IMG/VR virus record: IMGVR_UViG_3300042383_000546
Span: 20,230-84,229 of that record
Direction: 5' to 3' (one strand)
DNA length: 64,000 bases
Source of the DNA: a virus
Made by a program: the position numbers and the translations under genes. Every line of letters begins with the position of its first letter. Position 1 is the first letter of the stretch. This document shows, in pieces, positions 1 to 12,500 of the stretch. The notes under the pieces were generated by a model, which made no database searches, was not told where the DNA came from, and saw only the letters and a list, made by a program, of their open reading frames with translations.

Positions 1-2
1 CT

Positions 3-2648
3 CCGCAAGTAAGCGTAAATAAAGTAGAGCTACTCAAAAATGATTTTGAAATAAAGGTAGTAGAGTATAGCTTTTTAGCCTATCAGTTTGTGGTGCAAAG
101 AAATAGAATAATTGACCTTGTAGGACTTGATAACTTTTACTCTTTAAGTGGAGACAAATCAGGAATGCTTAAAAAAATCATTGAAGACTATTCTCCTGAT
201 ATTATATCAATGGAGGAGTTTCCTGAAATGTTTATGGATAAAGCCATAGCAGATTGGATATACTTATCTGATAGGAAATACAAGATTTTTGAAACCACCC
301 ATGACAGTAGCTTTAACCCAAAGAACAAAATTTATACCCCTGACGAATTTGTCTTTGTAAGTGCTTACAATTCACTTATGTATAATCAGTTTAATGTTCC
401 TGCTTCGGTTGTGCAATATCCCGTAGACTATACAGAGAGGAATAAAGTAAAAGCTAGAGAGCAACTTGGGCTAGAACATGATTACAAGCACATTGTGGTG
501 ATTGGTCTTTTTACCCCTCGTAAAAATCAAAAATACTCTTTTGAACTAGCTGAAAAACTATCTGACTATAAAGTTAAGTTTCATTTTATTGGCAATCAGG
601 CTGAAAACTTTGCATTTTATTGGAAACCTTTAATGGATAAAAAACCTGATAATTGTATTGTTTGGGGGGAAAGGTCAGACACAGAAACCTTTTTACAAGC
701 TGCAGACTTATTTCTATTCACTTCTAAAGGTGATAAGGGGAATAAAGAATTAAATCCGTTGGTAATTCTTGAAGCTGCAAAATATCAAGACCTTCCAAAG
801 CTCATGTACAATTTAGACGTATATCTAAACAAGTATAATAATAAAACTGACTTTAATCTACTGTCAGGTGATACGTTACAAGACGTAGATAAAATAAAAG
901 CTCTTACAAGCCCTTCAAATTTGTATGGTTCAAATGAGGAACTTATCGTTTTAGGTACTTACCCAAATCTTAAAAGCAGGGTACAACTAACAAAGGACAC
1001 CATCAAAAGCCTGAAAGTCACAGGTAGAGACGTATTACTTATTTCTCATTTACCTGCTGATACTGAAACCCAAAACTTAGTAGAGCACTATATCTACGAT
1101 AAGTACAACCCATTAACTCACCACTCTTATTATACAAGATTTTTTAGAAACACAGATGACTATTACGCTGAAATAAATATCAATGGACTTAAATATAGCA
1201 ACCAATCTCTTTGTGTTTATACCAATTTGATAACTGCAGCAAAGTACGCAAAGCAGATGGGCTACAAAAGGTTCTTTTATACAACCTATGACGTAATCTT
1301 ACATGAGAAAGATTTTGATATTATAGAAGATAGTTACAAGTCTGTGCAAAGTAGCAAAGGGGCTTTTTTAGGAACTTTAGATACACCATTTGGAAAAGGC
1401 ATACAAACCAATGGAATGACATTTGACGTAGATTATTTTCTACAGGCTTTTGAAGATGTACGCACCCCTGACAAATACAATGAGCTTTGTGAGAGAGTTG
1501 GAGCACAGAACTTTTTAGAAGACTTTTTAATAAAAGTAATCACAAACAATAATTCAAATAATGAAGTAACGCTCATTCATAATCAGGAGCAGACGCTTTT
1601 AAAACATAGTGGTTTAGGTGTTGCTTCTAACTCTGAATACTATTCTATTTTACCAATTGTTCGAAAACAGAACAATTTTATGTTCTATTTCTATACATAT
1701 AATGTAGATGACAGAAAGCTAAAAATTAGCATAGATAGTAAGAATTTCAATTATATGAAAACCATCGAAATAAGTAAGACAAATGAAGCTATGCAAGAAT
1801 TTGTTTACTCAGGTGAAGAGGTTCTAGTAACCTTAGAGTTTTATGATGGTGAACAGATTTACAAAAAGGAGCACTACAAGATAAATGAAGAGACGTTACC
1901 AAAATATAGCAATACAGGACATTTCAAGTGGAACAAAAGACCAAAAATAAAATTAGTACACCTTCAAACTACTAGAAACGATGAAAAAGAACAAAAAAGC
2001 AGAGAGCAACTCCAAAAGGTTAGAGAGTATGGGTGGGAATATATCTTGCACACCAATACACCATACACAGACTTGCCACCTAAACACAACTGCCAAAGAC
2101 CCGATTGTGTTTCATACGAACTCTTCGATGAACCAACTATTCAGCGTATCGGAACTGCACTTTGCCCCTCGCATTTTGGTTGTTACTTAGCTTTCAAAGA
2201 AGCTATTTTAACTGAATTTGAAGATTGTGACTATTTAATGGTTTGTGAAGGTGATTGCAAAATAGAAATACCAATAGAAGATTTTATCAAAACAGTAGAA
2301 TCAACTTGTCCGACTATCACTGATAACAACGTAGGCTATATGTCTTATGGTGACAAAGCTACGCTTGAACATGGGTGGCTGCAATCCCCTGTGGTTAGAG
2401 AAATACCTAATCAAGACTTAATTTACATTACAAATCACATTATAGGGCTTCAGTGTATAATGTTTCCAATCAATATAAAAAAATGGCTGAAAGAAAAATT
2501 AAGAACACATTCATGGGACGCTTCTGATATGTTCTACAATTCGGTATTCGTTAATTCGCCTTATAATATGGCAATACTGCATAAAAGAATAACATCACAA
2601 TTTGATGGATATTCAACTATTGACAGAACTAATAAAACATTTTTATGA
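3..2648 (+). CDS. Multidomain glycosyltransferase (GT4-like N-terminal domain, central domain, GT25/GT-A-like C-terminal domain), 5'-truncated
   Basis: Frame is open from position 3, so the true start lies upstream of the window. GT-B motifs GLFTPRKNQ, ADLFLFTS and ELNPLVILEA; C-terminal HFGCYLAF...MVCEGD resembles GT25. Confidence 0.8.
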   Translation, partial: PQVSVNKVELLKNDFEIKVVEYSFLAYQFVVQRNRIIDLVGLDNFYSLSGDKSGMLKKIIEDYSPDIISMEEFPEMFMDKAIADWIYLSDRKYKIFETTHDSSFNPKNKIYTPDEFVFVSAYNSLMYNQFNVPASVVQYPVDYTERNKVKAREQLGLEHDYKHIVVIGLFTPRKNQKYSFELAEKLSDYKVKFHFIGNQAENFAFYWKPLMDKKPDNCIVWGERSDTETFLQAADLFLFTSKGDKGNKELNPLVILEAAKYQDLPKLMYNLDVYLNKYNNKTDFNLLSGDTLQDVDKIKALTSPSNLYGSNEELIVLGTYPNLKSRVQLTKDTIKSLKVTGRDVLLISHLPADTETQNLVEHYIYDKYNPLTHHSYYTRFFRNTDDYYAEININGLKYSNQSLCVYTNLITAAKYAKQMGYKRFFYTTYDVILHEKDFDIIEDSYKSVQSSKGAFLGTLDTPFGKGIQTNGMTFDVDYFLQAFEDVRTPDKYNELCERVGAQNFLEDFLIKVITNNNSNNEVTLIHNQEQTLLKHSGLGVASNSEYYSILPIVRKQNNFMFYFYTYNVDDRKLKISIDSKNFNYMKTIEISKTNEAMQEFVYSGEEVLVTLEFYDGEQIYKKEHYKINEETLPKYSNTGHFKWNKRPKIKLVHLQTTRNDEKEQKSREQLQKVREYGWEYILHTNTPYTDLPPKHNCQRPDCVSYELFDEPTIQRIGTALCPSHFGCYLAFKEAILTEFEDCDYLMVCEGDCKIEIPIEDFIKTVESTCPTITDNNVGYMSYGDKATLEHGWLQSPVVREIPNQDLIYITNHIIGLQCIMFPINIKKWLKEKLRTHSWDASDMFYNSVFVNSPYNMAILHKRITSQFDGYSTIDRTNKTFL

Positions 2649-3667
2649 AAGTAATTCAAGTGATTTCAGGTCATCTACCAATAGAAAACACAGGCAACAG
2701 AAAATGGGGTGCGGTTGAGCTTATTCAATCTGAATATCAAAATGGTTTAAGAAATTTAGGTGTAGAATGTGAAATAAAATGGCTCAATGAAGTGCCTACT
2801 GATGAGAATGTTATACCGCATATTCATGTTGCAAATCTTTGTATTGAAGCTCAAAAAATGGGTATTCCTTATATCTATTCTAACCATGACCATACTTCAG
2901 TGCACTATGGCAAAGGTAGTTGGCTTTATAACCAACAGCTAGAAGCTATTAAAGGTTCTGTTTTTTCAATCTGCCATGCTGAATCAGTTATGGACTTTTT
3001 TGATTCTACAGATAAGCTATTTTATTTGCCTCATGGAGTAGATACTAAATACTATATCCCAAATAAATACCCTGTAACTGAAAAGAAGTTACTGATGGTT
3101 GCTGCAAATGGGATGGCAGGTGACTATAATTTGGACAGAAAAGGTTTTAGATTAGGTATTGAGGCTGCAAGAAAACTAGATTTACCAATTACGATTGTAG
3201 GTACAGAGGCTAATGCTAAATTCTTTGAATTGAATAGTGACCTATTAAAGTACGATAAACTGACTGTAGATGCCACTAACCCAACGGAAGACAGAAAGCT
3301 ACAATACTTTCATGAGCACAGCATTTTCCTTCACCCCTCTTATCTTGAATTTGGCAGCCCTAATATTACCCTTTTAGAGTCTTGGGCTTGTGGTTTACCC
3401 ATAGTGGGCTCTTATGATGGTAGTAGACACATTGAAGGTTTGCAGATTTTAAAAGCACTTAGTGTAGATGAGATTTGTTCAAAAATTGAATATGTGTATG
3501 ATAACTATGAAACTATCAGAAATAAAATGCTAGTAAACAAAGACATACACGATTGGTCTACCATAGTTGGCTATTTAAAAAAGATGTACGAAGCCTATGA
3601 AGTTATTGGTATTCAAGATACAAGTGAGGAGGTTAAAACAAAGTACTTAAACATATACAACCGATAA
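2645..3667 (+). CDS. GT4-family glycosyltransferase
   Basis: WGAVELI, PHGVD, RKG and IFLHPS..EFGSPNITLLESWACGLPIV motifs. Confidence 0.85.
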   Translation: MKVIQVISGHLPIENTGNRKWGAVELIQSEYQNGLRNLGVECEIKWLNEVPTDENVIPHIHVANLCIEAQKMGIPYIYSNHDHTSVHYGKGSWLYNQQLEAIKGSVFSICHAESVMDFFDSTDKLFYLPHGVDTKYYIPNKYPVTEKKLLMVAANGMAGDYNLDRKGFRLGIEAARKLDLPITIVGTEANAKFFELNSDLLKYDKLTVDATNPTEDRKLQYFHEHSIFLHPSYLEFGSPNITLLESWACGLPIVGSYDGSRHIEGLQILKALSVDEICSKIEYVYDNYETIRNKMLVNKDIHDWSTIVGYLKKMYEAYEVIGIQDTSEEVKTKYLNIYNR

Positions 3668-3668
3668 A

Positions 3669-4742
3669 ATGATTAAATACAACCTGCACCATGTAAATGG
3701 TCTTTTCTTTGAGATTAAAAGTGACGGAGGTAAAAACCTAAACTACAATGTTACGTTCACTGACAACAGCTCTAATAAGGTTATTTATGAAACTTCTTTA
3801 AAGCCAAATATGTGGTCTAGGCTAGATAAGAGGTATTTGACTGATGTAACTATAGAAGTAAAGTATAACAACAGAACCATAGAAAAAGTAAATATACTAG
3901 AGCATTTTAAGGGAAAAAAGGTATTTATATGCTTTGAGAGTAAGAGCTTGGGTGATACTTTGGCTTGGATTCCTTACTGTGAGGAGTTTAGAATAAAGTA
4001 TAAATGTGAGGTAATTGTTTCTACTTTCATGAACTCTTTATTTGAAAAATCATATCCTGAATTAAAGTTTGTTGGTAGAGGTGTAGTGGTGGAAAATATT
4101 GCAGGTATGTTTGAGCTAGGTTGGTTTTATGATAAGAATAAAGAGCCTAAGCACCCTGTGACTATTCCCTTACAACAAGCTGCCACTAATATTTTAAGAT
4201 TAGAATACAAAGAGGTAATACCCAAATTAGACTTTACTCCAAAAGAAAGACCTATTGAGCAGAAATATGTCTGTATTTCAATACACAGCACAGCTCAGTT
4301 AAAATATTGGGACTATTGGCAGGAGCTAGTCGATTGGCTAGTATCTGAAGGGTATAAGGTAGTAGAAGTATCAAAAGAAGTATCAGAGCTAAATAATCTA
4401 ACAGAAATTTTAGATAAAAGTCTACCCTCTGTTATGAATTATTTGCACCACGCTGAATTTTACATTGGACTTAGCTCAGGAATTTCATGGCTCTCTTGGG
4501 CTATGCAAAAGAAAGTATTTATGATTGCTAATTTTAGCACCAAAGACCATGAGTTTCAAACGGACTGCATAAGAATAACAGATGAATCAGTCTGTCATGG
4601 CTGTTGGAATAACCCTGCTTTCCGCTTTAACAAGGGTGATTTTTTTTGGTGTCCCCTAAATGAAGACACTCCACAGGCTTTTGAGTGCCATAAATCTATT
4701 AGTGCTCAAAGGGTAATTGATGAAATAAAAAAAGCGGGTTAA
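3669..4742 (+). CDS. TibC/Aah-like (autotransporter) protein O-heptosyltransferase
   Basis: SLGDTLAWIPY, YIGLSSGISWLSWA and the Cys cluster CHGCWN...WCP...FECHKSI typical of this family. Confidence 0.8.
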   Translation: MIKYNLHHVNGLFFEIKSDGGKNLNYNVTFTDNSSNKVIYETSLKPNMWSRLDKRYLTDVTIEVKYNNRTIEKVNILEHFKGKKVFICFESKSLGDTLAWIPYCEEFRIKYKCEVIVSTFMNSLFEKSYPELKFVGRGVVVENIAGMFELGWFYDKNKEPKHPVTIPLQQAATNILRLEYKEVIPKLDFTPKERPIEQKYVCISIHSTAQLKYWDYWQELVDWLVSEGYKVVEVSKEVSELNNLTEILDKSLPSVMNYLHHAEFYIGLSSGISWLSWAMQKKVFMIANFSTKDHEFQTDCIRITDESVCHGCWNNPAFRFNKGDFFWCPLNEDTPQAFECHKSISAQRVIDEIKKAG

Positions 4743-4756
4743 ATACCCGCCTTCTC
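4728..4756. terminator. Possible bidirectional hairpin at a convergent gene junction
   Basis: GCGGGT-taaat-ACCCGC stem at 4734-4750 with an A-run on the left, overlapping both stop codons. Confidence 0.5.
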
Positions 4757-5632
4757 TTGTTTCTTTATAGATTCTATAATTTCATCTGCATTAAAGATTT
4801 CCTCTTCATTATTGTAAGGAAACTCCTCAAGTAGTCCTATAATATTGAATTTGCTAAATACTGATGCTTTTAAATCAGGTTTTACAGTAAATGGAGCTGC
4901 TAAGATGTTATCATGAAGCTCATAACCAAATACCTTTGGGGTATTAGCTATCCAACAAACAGTAGATTTTTTATTAAGTGCAGCAGCAGTATGTTGTAAG
5001 AAGCTGTCCATAAATAACCTTTTCTCACTCATTTCACAAAGAACTGCCATTCCTTTAAAGTTGTCAGTAACAGAGAAAGTGCCTTCAAAACCAACTTGGT
5101 CTTCTCTTCTAGCATGAATGATATTGTATTCATTTGCAAAAGCACGAATTACTTTATCTACAATATGTCTTGGAATATCTCTAGCCCATGAATATTTTAG
5201 CTCCTGACCTGCAGCACCACCATTGGTTTGAATAAGCATGATTGGTTTGTCAGAGTAGTATTTCTGCTTGAAAAAGGTTCTTTCTCTTTCATTTATGATT
5301 ACTTCAGGCTGCTCTCCGTCATAAGGCACATCAAACATTTTGCACCAAGTTTCAATCAAATGCTCTTTACAAAGGATATGCTCAGTAACATTGTATGGCT
5401 CATTTGCCATAACTAGAACATCCTGATTTTCGATATACTTAGAATAGAAATAGGCTTCTTGACCAAAGCCAAAAGCCATATCTACATCTTTACTATTAGA
5501 AAATACTTCAGGGTAACCTGTAAGTACGATTAACTTGTCAGATGGGTATTTTTTCTTAATTGCTTTACAAACAGCAGTGGCAGTGATTGATTTACCGATT
5601 CCACCTGAGATGGAAAAAATGATGTTTTTCAT
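4739..5632 (-). CDS. GT9-like (ADP-heptose type) glycosyltransferase
   Basis: GGIGKSI..TAV, YPEVF and MDSFLQHTAAAL.K.STVCW...P..FGY pattern of the GT9 fold. Confidence 0.7.
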   Translation of the reverse strand: MKNIIFSISGGIGKSITATAVCKAIKKKYPSDKLIVLTGYPEVFSNSKDVDMAFGFGQEAYFYSKYIENQDVLVMANEPYNVTEHILCKEHLIETWCKMFDVPYDGEQPEVIINERERTFFKQKYYSDKPIMLIQTNGGAAGQELKYSWARDIPRHIVDKVIRAFANEYNIIHARREDQVGFEGTFSVTDNFKGMAVLCEMSEKRLFMDSFLQHTAAALNKKSTVCWIANTPKVFGYELHDNILAAPFTVKPDLKASVFSKFNIIGLLEEFPYNNEEEIFNADEIIESIKKQEKAGI

Positions 5633-5655
5633 GATTATTTTTTAATTATTAAGGT

Positions 5656-6051
5656 TTAAGCCTTTGTTGTAGTACTTGTAGTAGAACTCGTTGTAGGAGC
5701 TGCTGTTGTTGTACTAGTAGTTGTAGACGTTGTTGTAGGTGGCACATACGCAAGTACTGCTTGAGCAAGGTCATCTAATAATTGTTGGTCTAAGTCTGCA
5801 GCTTGTACTCTAAATGATTGAGCATTTGGTTCATTAGGAAGCCAATCTGAGAATAGCTCATAGAAGTTATTGATTGCATGGTAAGTCTTTTGACCTGCAT
5901 AACCTTCAGGTCTTTTACTCCATACGCTGTCTACTACTAAATCTGCTAAGTCTTTTACTGCAGAATAAGGTGCTTGTACATTTTGGGTATCAGAAATAGC
6001 TTGAACTGTTCCAAAACCGAAGATGTGTAGTGTGTTCCAAGGGTTTGCCAT
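5656..6051 (-). CDS. Hypothetical protein with C-terminal Thr-rich tract
   Basis: 131 aa; PPTTTSTTTSTTTAAPTTSSTTSTTT. Confidence 0.7.
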   Translation of the reverse strand: MANPWNTLHIFGFGTVQAISDTQNVQAPYSAVKDLADLVVDSVWSKRPEGYAGQKTYHAINNFYELFSDWLPNEPNAQSFRVQAADLDQQLLDDLAQAVLAYVPPTTTSTTTSTTTAAPTTSSTTSTTTKA

Positions 6052-6097
6052 TGTTTTTATTTTTATGATTGTAAATTTAGTATTTTTTTATTGATTA

Positions 6098-6586
6098 TTA
6101 ACAAGGGAATGTACTAATAATATTACCGCTATTATCTACTTGATAGCTGTCTGCACCTGCTCCTTGAGAATACCACAAGTTTCCACCCGCAACAGGAGTT
6201 ACTCCACAGCCACCTGACACATAAAGTATTGTAGGGGCTAAAGCGTTATCAGTATCAAACAATGTTAAAGTATTGAAATGGTCGCATGGGTTTACATTGT
6301 TAGGATATAAGAATAATTGCTGACAAGCTGCTGTTGTCGTAGTGGTTGTTGTACTAGTAGTTGGTGGGGGTTGTAAATTTGATTTTACGACTAGTTGATT
6401 TGAAGCCTTACTTGCATATGGTCCATAAGCTGTATCAATATATACATAATAGTCAGCATCAGCTTTTGTAATCTGCTCTGTGCTTACAGGGATGGTATTT
6501 TTTAAGGCAAATACCCCTGTAGTTACAGCATCTTGAAGATTGTTAAAAGATATACATTGATTATTTGCTATACCTGCCCAACTCAT
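6098..6586 (-). CDS. Putative virion/fibre-associated protein with Thr-rich linker
   Basis: 162 aa; translationally coupled to the fibre gene; PPPTTSTTTTTTT linker. Confidence 0.6.
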   Translation of the reverse strand: MSWAGIANNQCISFNNLQDAVTTGVFALKNTIPVSTEQITKADADYYVYIDTAYGPYASKASNQLVVKSNLQPPPTTSTTTTTTTAACQQLFLYPNNVNPCDHFNTLTLFDTDNALAPTILYVSGGCGVTPVAGGNLWYSQGAGADSYQVDNSGNIISTFPC

Positions 6587-9500
6587 TACGCTTCGTATTT
6601 TTTAAGTTTCTCTTCTAATTTAGCTATTCTTTCCTCTAGTGTCATCATTTTATAGATATGCACCTGATGGTAGTCTACGTTCAATTTACCTTTTTCATCT
6701 GTTCTTACAGTGTCAGGAAGTATCTCTTGTACGTTTTGTGCTGAATATCCAATATTGATTCTACTACTATCACCTTCTTTCCATTTGAAGTAAATAGGAT
6801 TGATATTATCAAATGAGTTTACTCTACAATGAATGTCTTTAAGTCTTTCATCAGAAGATTCAAAATATGCTTGTGCCCACATACAAGATATAGCACAGAA
6901 GTTATTCCAATAGAATGTGCTTGAACAACCTCCTGTAAAACAAACACCACCACCACCTGAATATGCACCTGATACTGTAACATTTTTACCACCTAAAATT
7001 GCAGAGTAGATTCCTGATACTGTATTACCATTACCTCCTCCTACAAAAGAATGACATCCTGATGATGTATTAGAAAGACCACCACTTACAGTAGAGTAAA
7101 AATTTGATGCTATATTACCATTACCTCCTCCTACAAATGAACACGAACCTGATGCTGTATTAGTACGTCCTCCTGCTACTACTGAAGTATTACCTGATGC
7201 TGTATTTACACATGCACCTCCAACAACAGACATATAACCTAAGGCACTATTATTATAGCCTCCTGAAACTGTACTATAAGCAGCACACGCTCTGTTGTTA
7301 ATACCCCCTGCAACTGTATCTGCTGTATTTAAAGCACAGTTTGTACCACCTCCACCTACTGTAGCTCTATCTCCTGAAGCTAGGTTTCCAAATCCTCCTG
7401 ATACAGTAGCCCTTGTTGCTGTTGCAGAATTTGCACATCCACCACTTACAGTAGAAAAAGTACTTGATGCTGTGTTTGAAACACCACCTCCAACAAATGA
7501 ACGGTCACCTGAAGCTGTATTAGTATCACCACCTCCAATTGTTGCTCTATAACCACTAGCAGTATTTAAAAATCCACTACCTACAAATGCGTTATACCCT
7601 GAAGCTGTATTTGCGTTTCCTCCTGCAACTGTAGCACCACCTCCACACGCTTTATTATTTACACCACCTCCTATTGAACCAAATCCTGCACAAGTAACAT
7701 TACCTTGTCCACCTGATACAGTAGAACAAGCTCCTGAAGCTGTATTAGACAATCCACCTCCAATTGTAGCTGATGCTCCTGAAGAAGTATTAGACTGACC
7801 ACCACCTACAGTAGATTTATTACCACTTGCTACGTTTAAAGCACCACCTGCTATTGTAGCATCATAAGTACCACTTGATGTGTTTGTATAACCGCCACCA
7901 ATTGTACCTGTAATTGATGAAACTAAGTTGTTATGTCCACCTGCTATTGTAGTAAATCCTGCACAAGCTCTGTTGTTATATCCTCCACTAACTGTTGAAC
8001 AAATACCAATAGCTGAGTTTAATTTACCTCCACTAACTGTAGATTGTCCGCCTGAAGCTGTATTTAACTGACCACCACCTACTGTTGAGTGTGCCCCTGA
8101 TGCTGCGTTTTGTTGACCGCCTCCAACAAAAGAACAAGCTCCTGATGCTGTATTACTACGTCCACCTGCTGCAACTGAATCACTACTTGAAGCAGTAACA
8201 TCATATCCACCTCCTACAAATGACCATGAACCTGAAGCTAAGTTGCTATAACCTCCACTAACTGTTGATGTATCACCACAAGCTATGTTTACAACACCAC
8301 CTGATACAACGCTATGAGCTGCTGATGCTAAGTTTTGTCTACCACCTACTACAGAATATACTCCACTTGCAGTGTTATTACAACCTCCCCCTACAGAAGA
8401 AAAACATCCTGATGCTGTGTTAGATTGACCACCACCAACAGCTGACCTACTTCCTGAAGCTGTGTTAGATTGACCTCCTCCAACAAAAGAATAATTACCT
8501 GAAGATGTGTTTAAATATCCACCTGTAATAACTGAGTTTCTTCCTGTTGCTGTACTTGATTCTCCACTTAATACAGATGAATAATAATTTCCTGATGCTG
8601 TATTATTATATCCTCCACCTATAACGTGCAATCCGCATCCACAGGCTCTATTTAAATTCCCTCCACCAATAGATGAATCTCTTCCTGATGCAGTATTGCA
8701 AAGCCCTCCTCCTATTGTAGAACAAGCTCCTGAAGCAGTGTTTATAAATCCACCTGAAATTGTAGAAGATTCGCCTGATGATGCATTTGCGTATCCTCCT
8801 GATACTGTTGCAAAAGTTGCACACGCTCTATTATTTCTACCACCTGCTACTGTTGAGTTAGTAGAATTAGCTACGTTTACACATCCTCCACCAATAAAAG
8901 AAAATGCTCCTGAAGCAGTATTATTTTGTCCACCTGCTACTGTAGAATTAGTAGCACTTGAAACATTATATGAGCCGCTTACTGTTGAAGCACCACCTGA
9001 TGCTGTATTTGCCCTACCTCCTCCAATAGCTGAACAACCTCCTGAAGCTGTGTTTGAACGTCCACCTGCAACAATTGCAACAGCCCCTGAAGCTAAGTTA
9101 TATAAACCACTAAGTGAACCTGATTCATTACCACAAGCACAATTATATAAACCCCCACCTACTGTGGTATTATTACCAAAAGCAAGATTTGATAAACCTC
9201 CTCCTACAAATGCTCTACAACCTGATGCTGTATTATTTACACCACCTACTACAACTGTATGACCACCTGATGATGTGTTGGTTTGACCTCCTCCAATAGT
9301 AGAACAAGCACCTGATGATATATTACTAATACCACCTCCTATGGAAGAATATCCCCCTGAAGATGTGTTACATTTACCTCCTGATATTGTGCTCGTACCT
9401 GCAGGAGCATTGTTGCTTCTACCTCCTCCAATTGTGACATAATATCCTGATGCTGTATTAGAAGTTCCCCCTGCAATCAATCCTCCATACTGACTACTTA

Positions 9501-12500
9501 ATGTATTGCCTTGACCACCTCCAATTGTACTATAAGCATTTGCTCCAATTACACAGACAATATTATTACTTCCACCCCCTATAGTTGAAAACCCACCTAA
9601 TGCTGAGTTATTTTGTCCTCCTCCTATTGTAGATACTGTTCCTCCTGCTCTATTCTGAAATCCTCCTCCTATTGTAGATAATTGACCTGCTGCATATAAA
9701 GTTGTAGGAGCAACTGAGAAAAACCCATTAGCACTCCATGTACCACCACTTGTATTATTACCAACTCCTCCTGCTATTGTTGCTCCTGCTGTACAAGTTG
9801 TTGCTGTGGCACAATATAATATATTACAAACACCACCTCCTATAAAACCATCATTACCATTTACGCAGTTTTTATAACCACCTGATATAGTAGATGAATA
9901 ACCTTCTGATTTATTACAAAATCCACCACCTGAAAATCCATAAGTATTAGATGCACTATTTAATCTACCTCCAACTATAGCTGACCTTTGTCCTCCTGCA
10001 ATATTTACATAACCTCCACTTACTGTAGATTGGCTTCCATTAGCTTGGTTACCATAGCCACCACTTACTGTAGTTCCACTTCCTGTTGCTCTATTTCCAC
10101 AACCTCCACCTACAAAAGAACAAGCTCCTGATGCTGTGTTACTCCACCCCCCACTTACTGTAGCCCTACAAGCACAAGCAACATTACCACCGCCCCCACT
10201 TACTGTTGCATGGTCAGTAGTAGCAGCATTTGCGTATCCACCACCCACTGTAGCAGCATAACCTGATGCAGTGTTTCCACCACCACCACCTACGCTACCT
10301 CTATATCCTGAGGCTGTATTTGCACGTCCTCCTGCTATTGTTGAATAGTTGCCTGAAGCTGTACCTGAATTACCACCACCAACTACTGCTCTGATTCCTG
10401 AAGCTGCATTTGATGAACCGCCTCCAACAAAACTTCTTGCTCCTGATGCACTATTACCACTACCACCTACAACTATACCTTGATAACCACTTGCAGTGTT
10501 ACCATAACCACTACCAATAAATGCATATTGTCCACTTATTGTATTTTCTCTACCACCACCTATAAATGATTTTCCGTTTAGAACACAGTTTCTAAGACCT
10601 GAACCAATACCTGAATAAGCATCTGCTGTTACACAGTTACATATACCACCTGAAATATTTGAATATGCTACTGTTACTATATTGCAACTACCACCACTTA
10701 CAATAGAACTATATCCTGAAGCAGTATTAGTAAATCCTCCAACAACACTTGCATAAGCATTAGTTGCTCTATTCTGAAATCCTCCTCCTATGAAAGAAAG
10801 ACATCCTACATTTACTTTAGTAGGAGCTACTGTCCATCCATTTGAACCATTCCAAGTACCACCACAAGTGTTATTTCCAAGACCTCCTGCTATAACAGAA
10901 TACCCTGAACAGTTTTGTGCTGTTGAATGACAAATACTATTGCAATAACCACCTGATATTGTAGAATACCAAGAAGAAGCTGAATTAACAGCACCACCAC
11001 CAACTGTAGAAGATGCTTGTGAAGATGTGTTATATACACCACCTCCTATAGTTGATTGTATACCTGAAGCTGCGTTATTGCTGCCACCACTTACAGTTGA
11101 ACAATTAGCTGAAGCTGTATTAGCTCTACCACCTAATACTGATGCAGAACATCCTGAAACTACACTACAATATCCACCTCCAATAAAACCAAATATACCT
11201 GCTGAACAAATACAGTTGACTTCACCACCTGCAATAGTTCCTGATGCACCTGTAACTGTATTTAATAAACCACCACCTATGGTAGACCTTGTTCCTGCTG
11301 CTGTATTACTACATCCACCTAAAAGAGAAGAAGCATATCCACCTGAAACTGTATTTCCACAACCACCACCTAAAAAAGACATACATCCTGAAGCAACGTT
11401 ATTTGTACCGCCACCAACTATTGCAAATGGAGCTGACGCAGAATTGGAAGCACCACCTGATACAGTGGCTGCTCTACATCCTGTAACAGTATTATTTGCA
11501 CCTCCTCCAATTGTAGCATCATAAGTTCCTGATGCTGTATTTCTATATCCACCTGAAACAGTACTTGTTATTGCTATGGCAGCATTACAATGTCCACCTC
11601 CTACAAAAGAATAATTACAAACTCTATTCAAATAACCTCCACCTATTGTTGAACAAAGTCCACAAGCTGTATTAGAAAGACCTCCTGCAACAACTGCAAA
11701 TCCATTACTTACTGTGTTTGCTTGACCACCACCTACAAAAGAACAAGCTCCTGAAGCTGTATTTGAGCATCCTCCACCAACAAAAGAACGAGCACCTGAA
11801 GCAGCATTACCTATACCATTTCCTACAAAAGAATATTCTCCTGAAGCAACATTATTTACACCTGTTCCTATAAAAGATACGTTACCATTTGCTGTATTTG
11901 CACCACCATTACCTATGAAAGCATAATAAGTACCACTTGCTGTGTTATTATTACCTCCAACAACTATATTATAAGCAGTTCCACCAATTGTATTGCTTAA
12001 ACCTGCAAGATTACCCGTATATGTTCCTGTTGCACTATTACTTACACCACATCTTACAGAAGAACAACCCCCTGCTCCTAAAACGATTACAGCACCAACA
12101 CCTGAAGAACCACTAGAACCACTTGAACCATTCGTTCCTGAGCTGCCACTAGTACCTGAGCTTCCTGATGAGCCACTTGAACCACTTGTGCCTGAACTTC
12201 CTGATGAGCCACTTGACCCACTTGTACCTGACGAACCACTCGTACCTGAACTTGCACTCGTACCTGACGAGCCACTAGTCCCTGAATTTCCACTAGTACC
12301 ACTTGACCCTGATGAGCCTGAGCTACCTGATGAGCCTGAAGTTGCACTCGTTCCACTGCTGCCACTAGTTCCTGACGAACCACTTGAGCCACTAGTTCCT
12401 GACGAACCATTTACCCCTGAAGTACCTGACGAACCACTAGAGCCTGAAGTTGCAGACGTACCTGAGCTACCACTAGTGCCTGACGTTCCATTTTCACCTG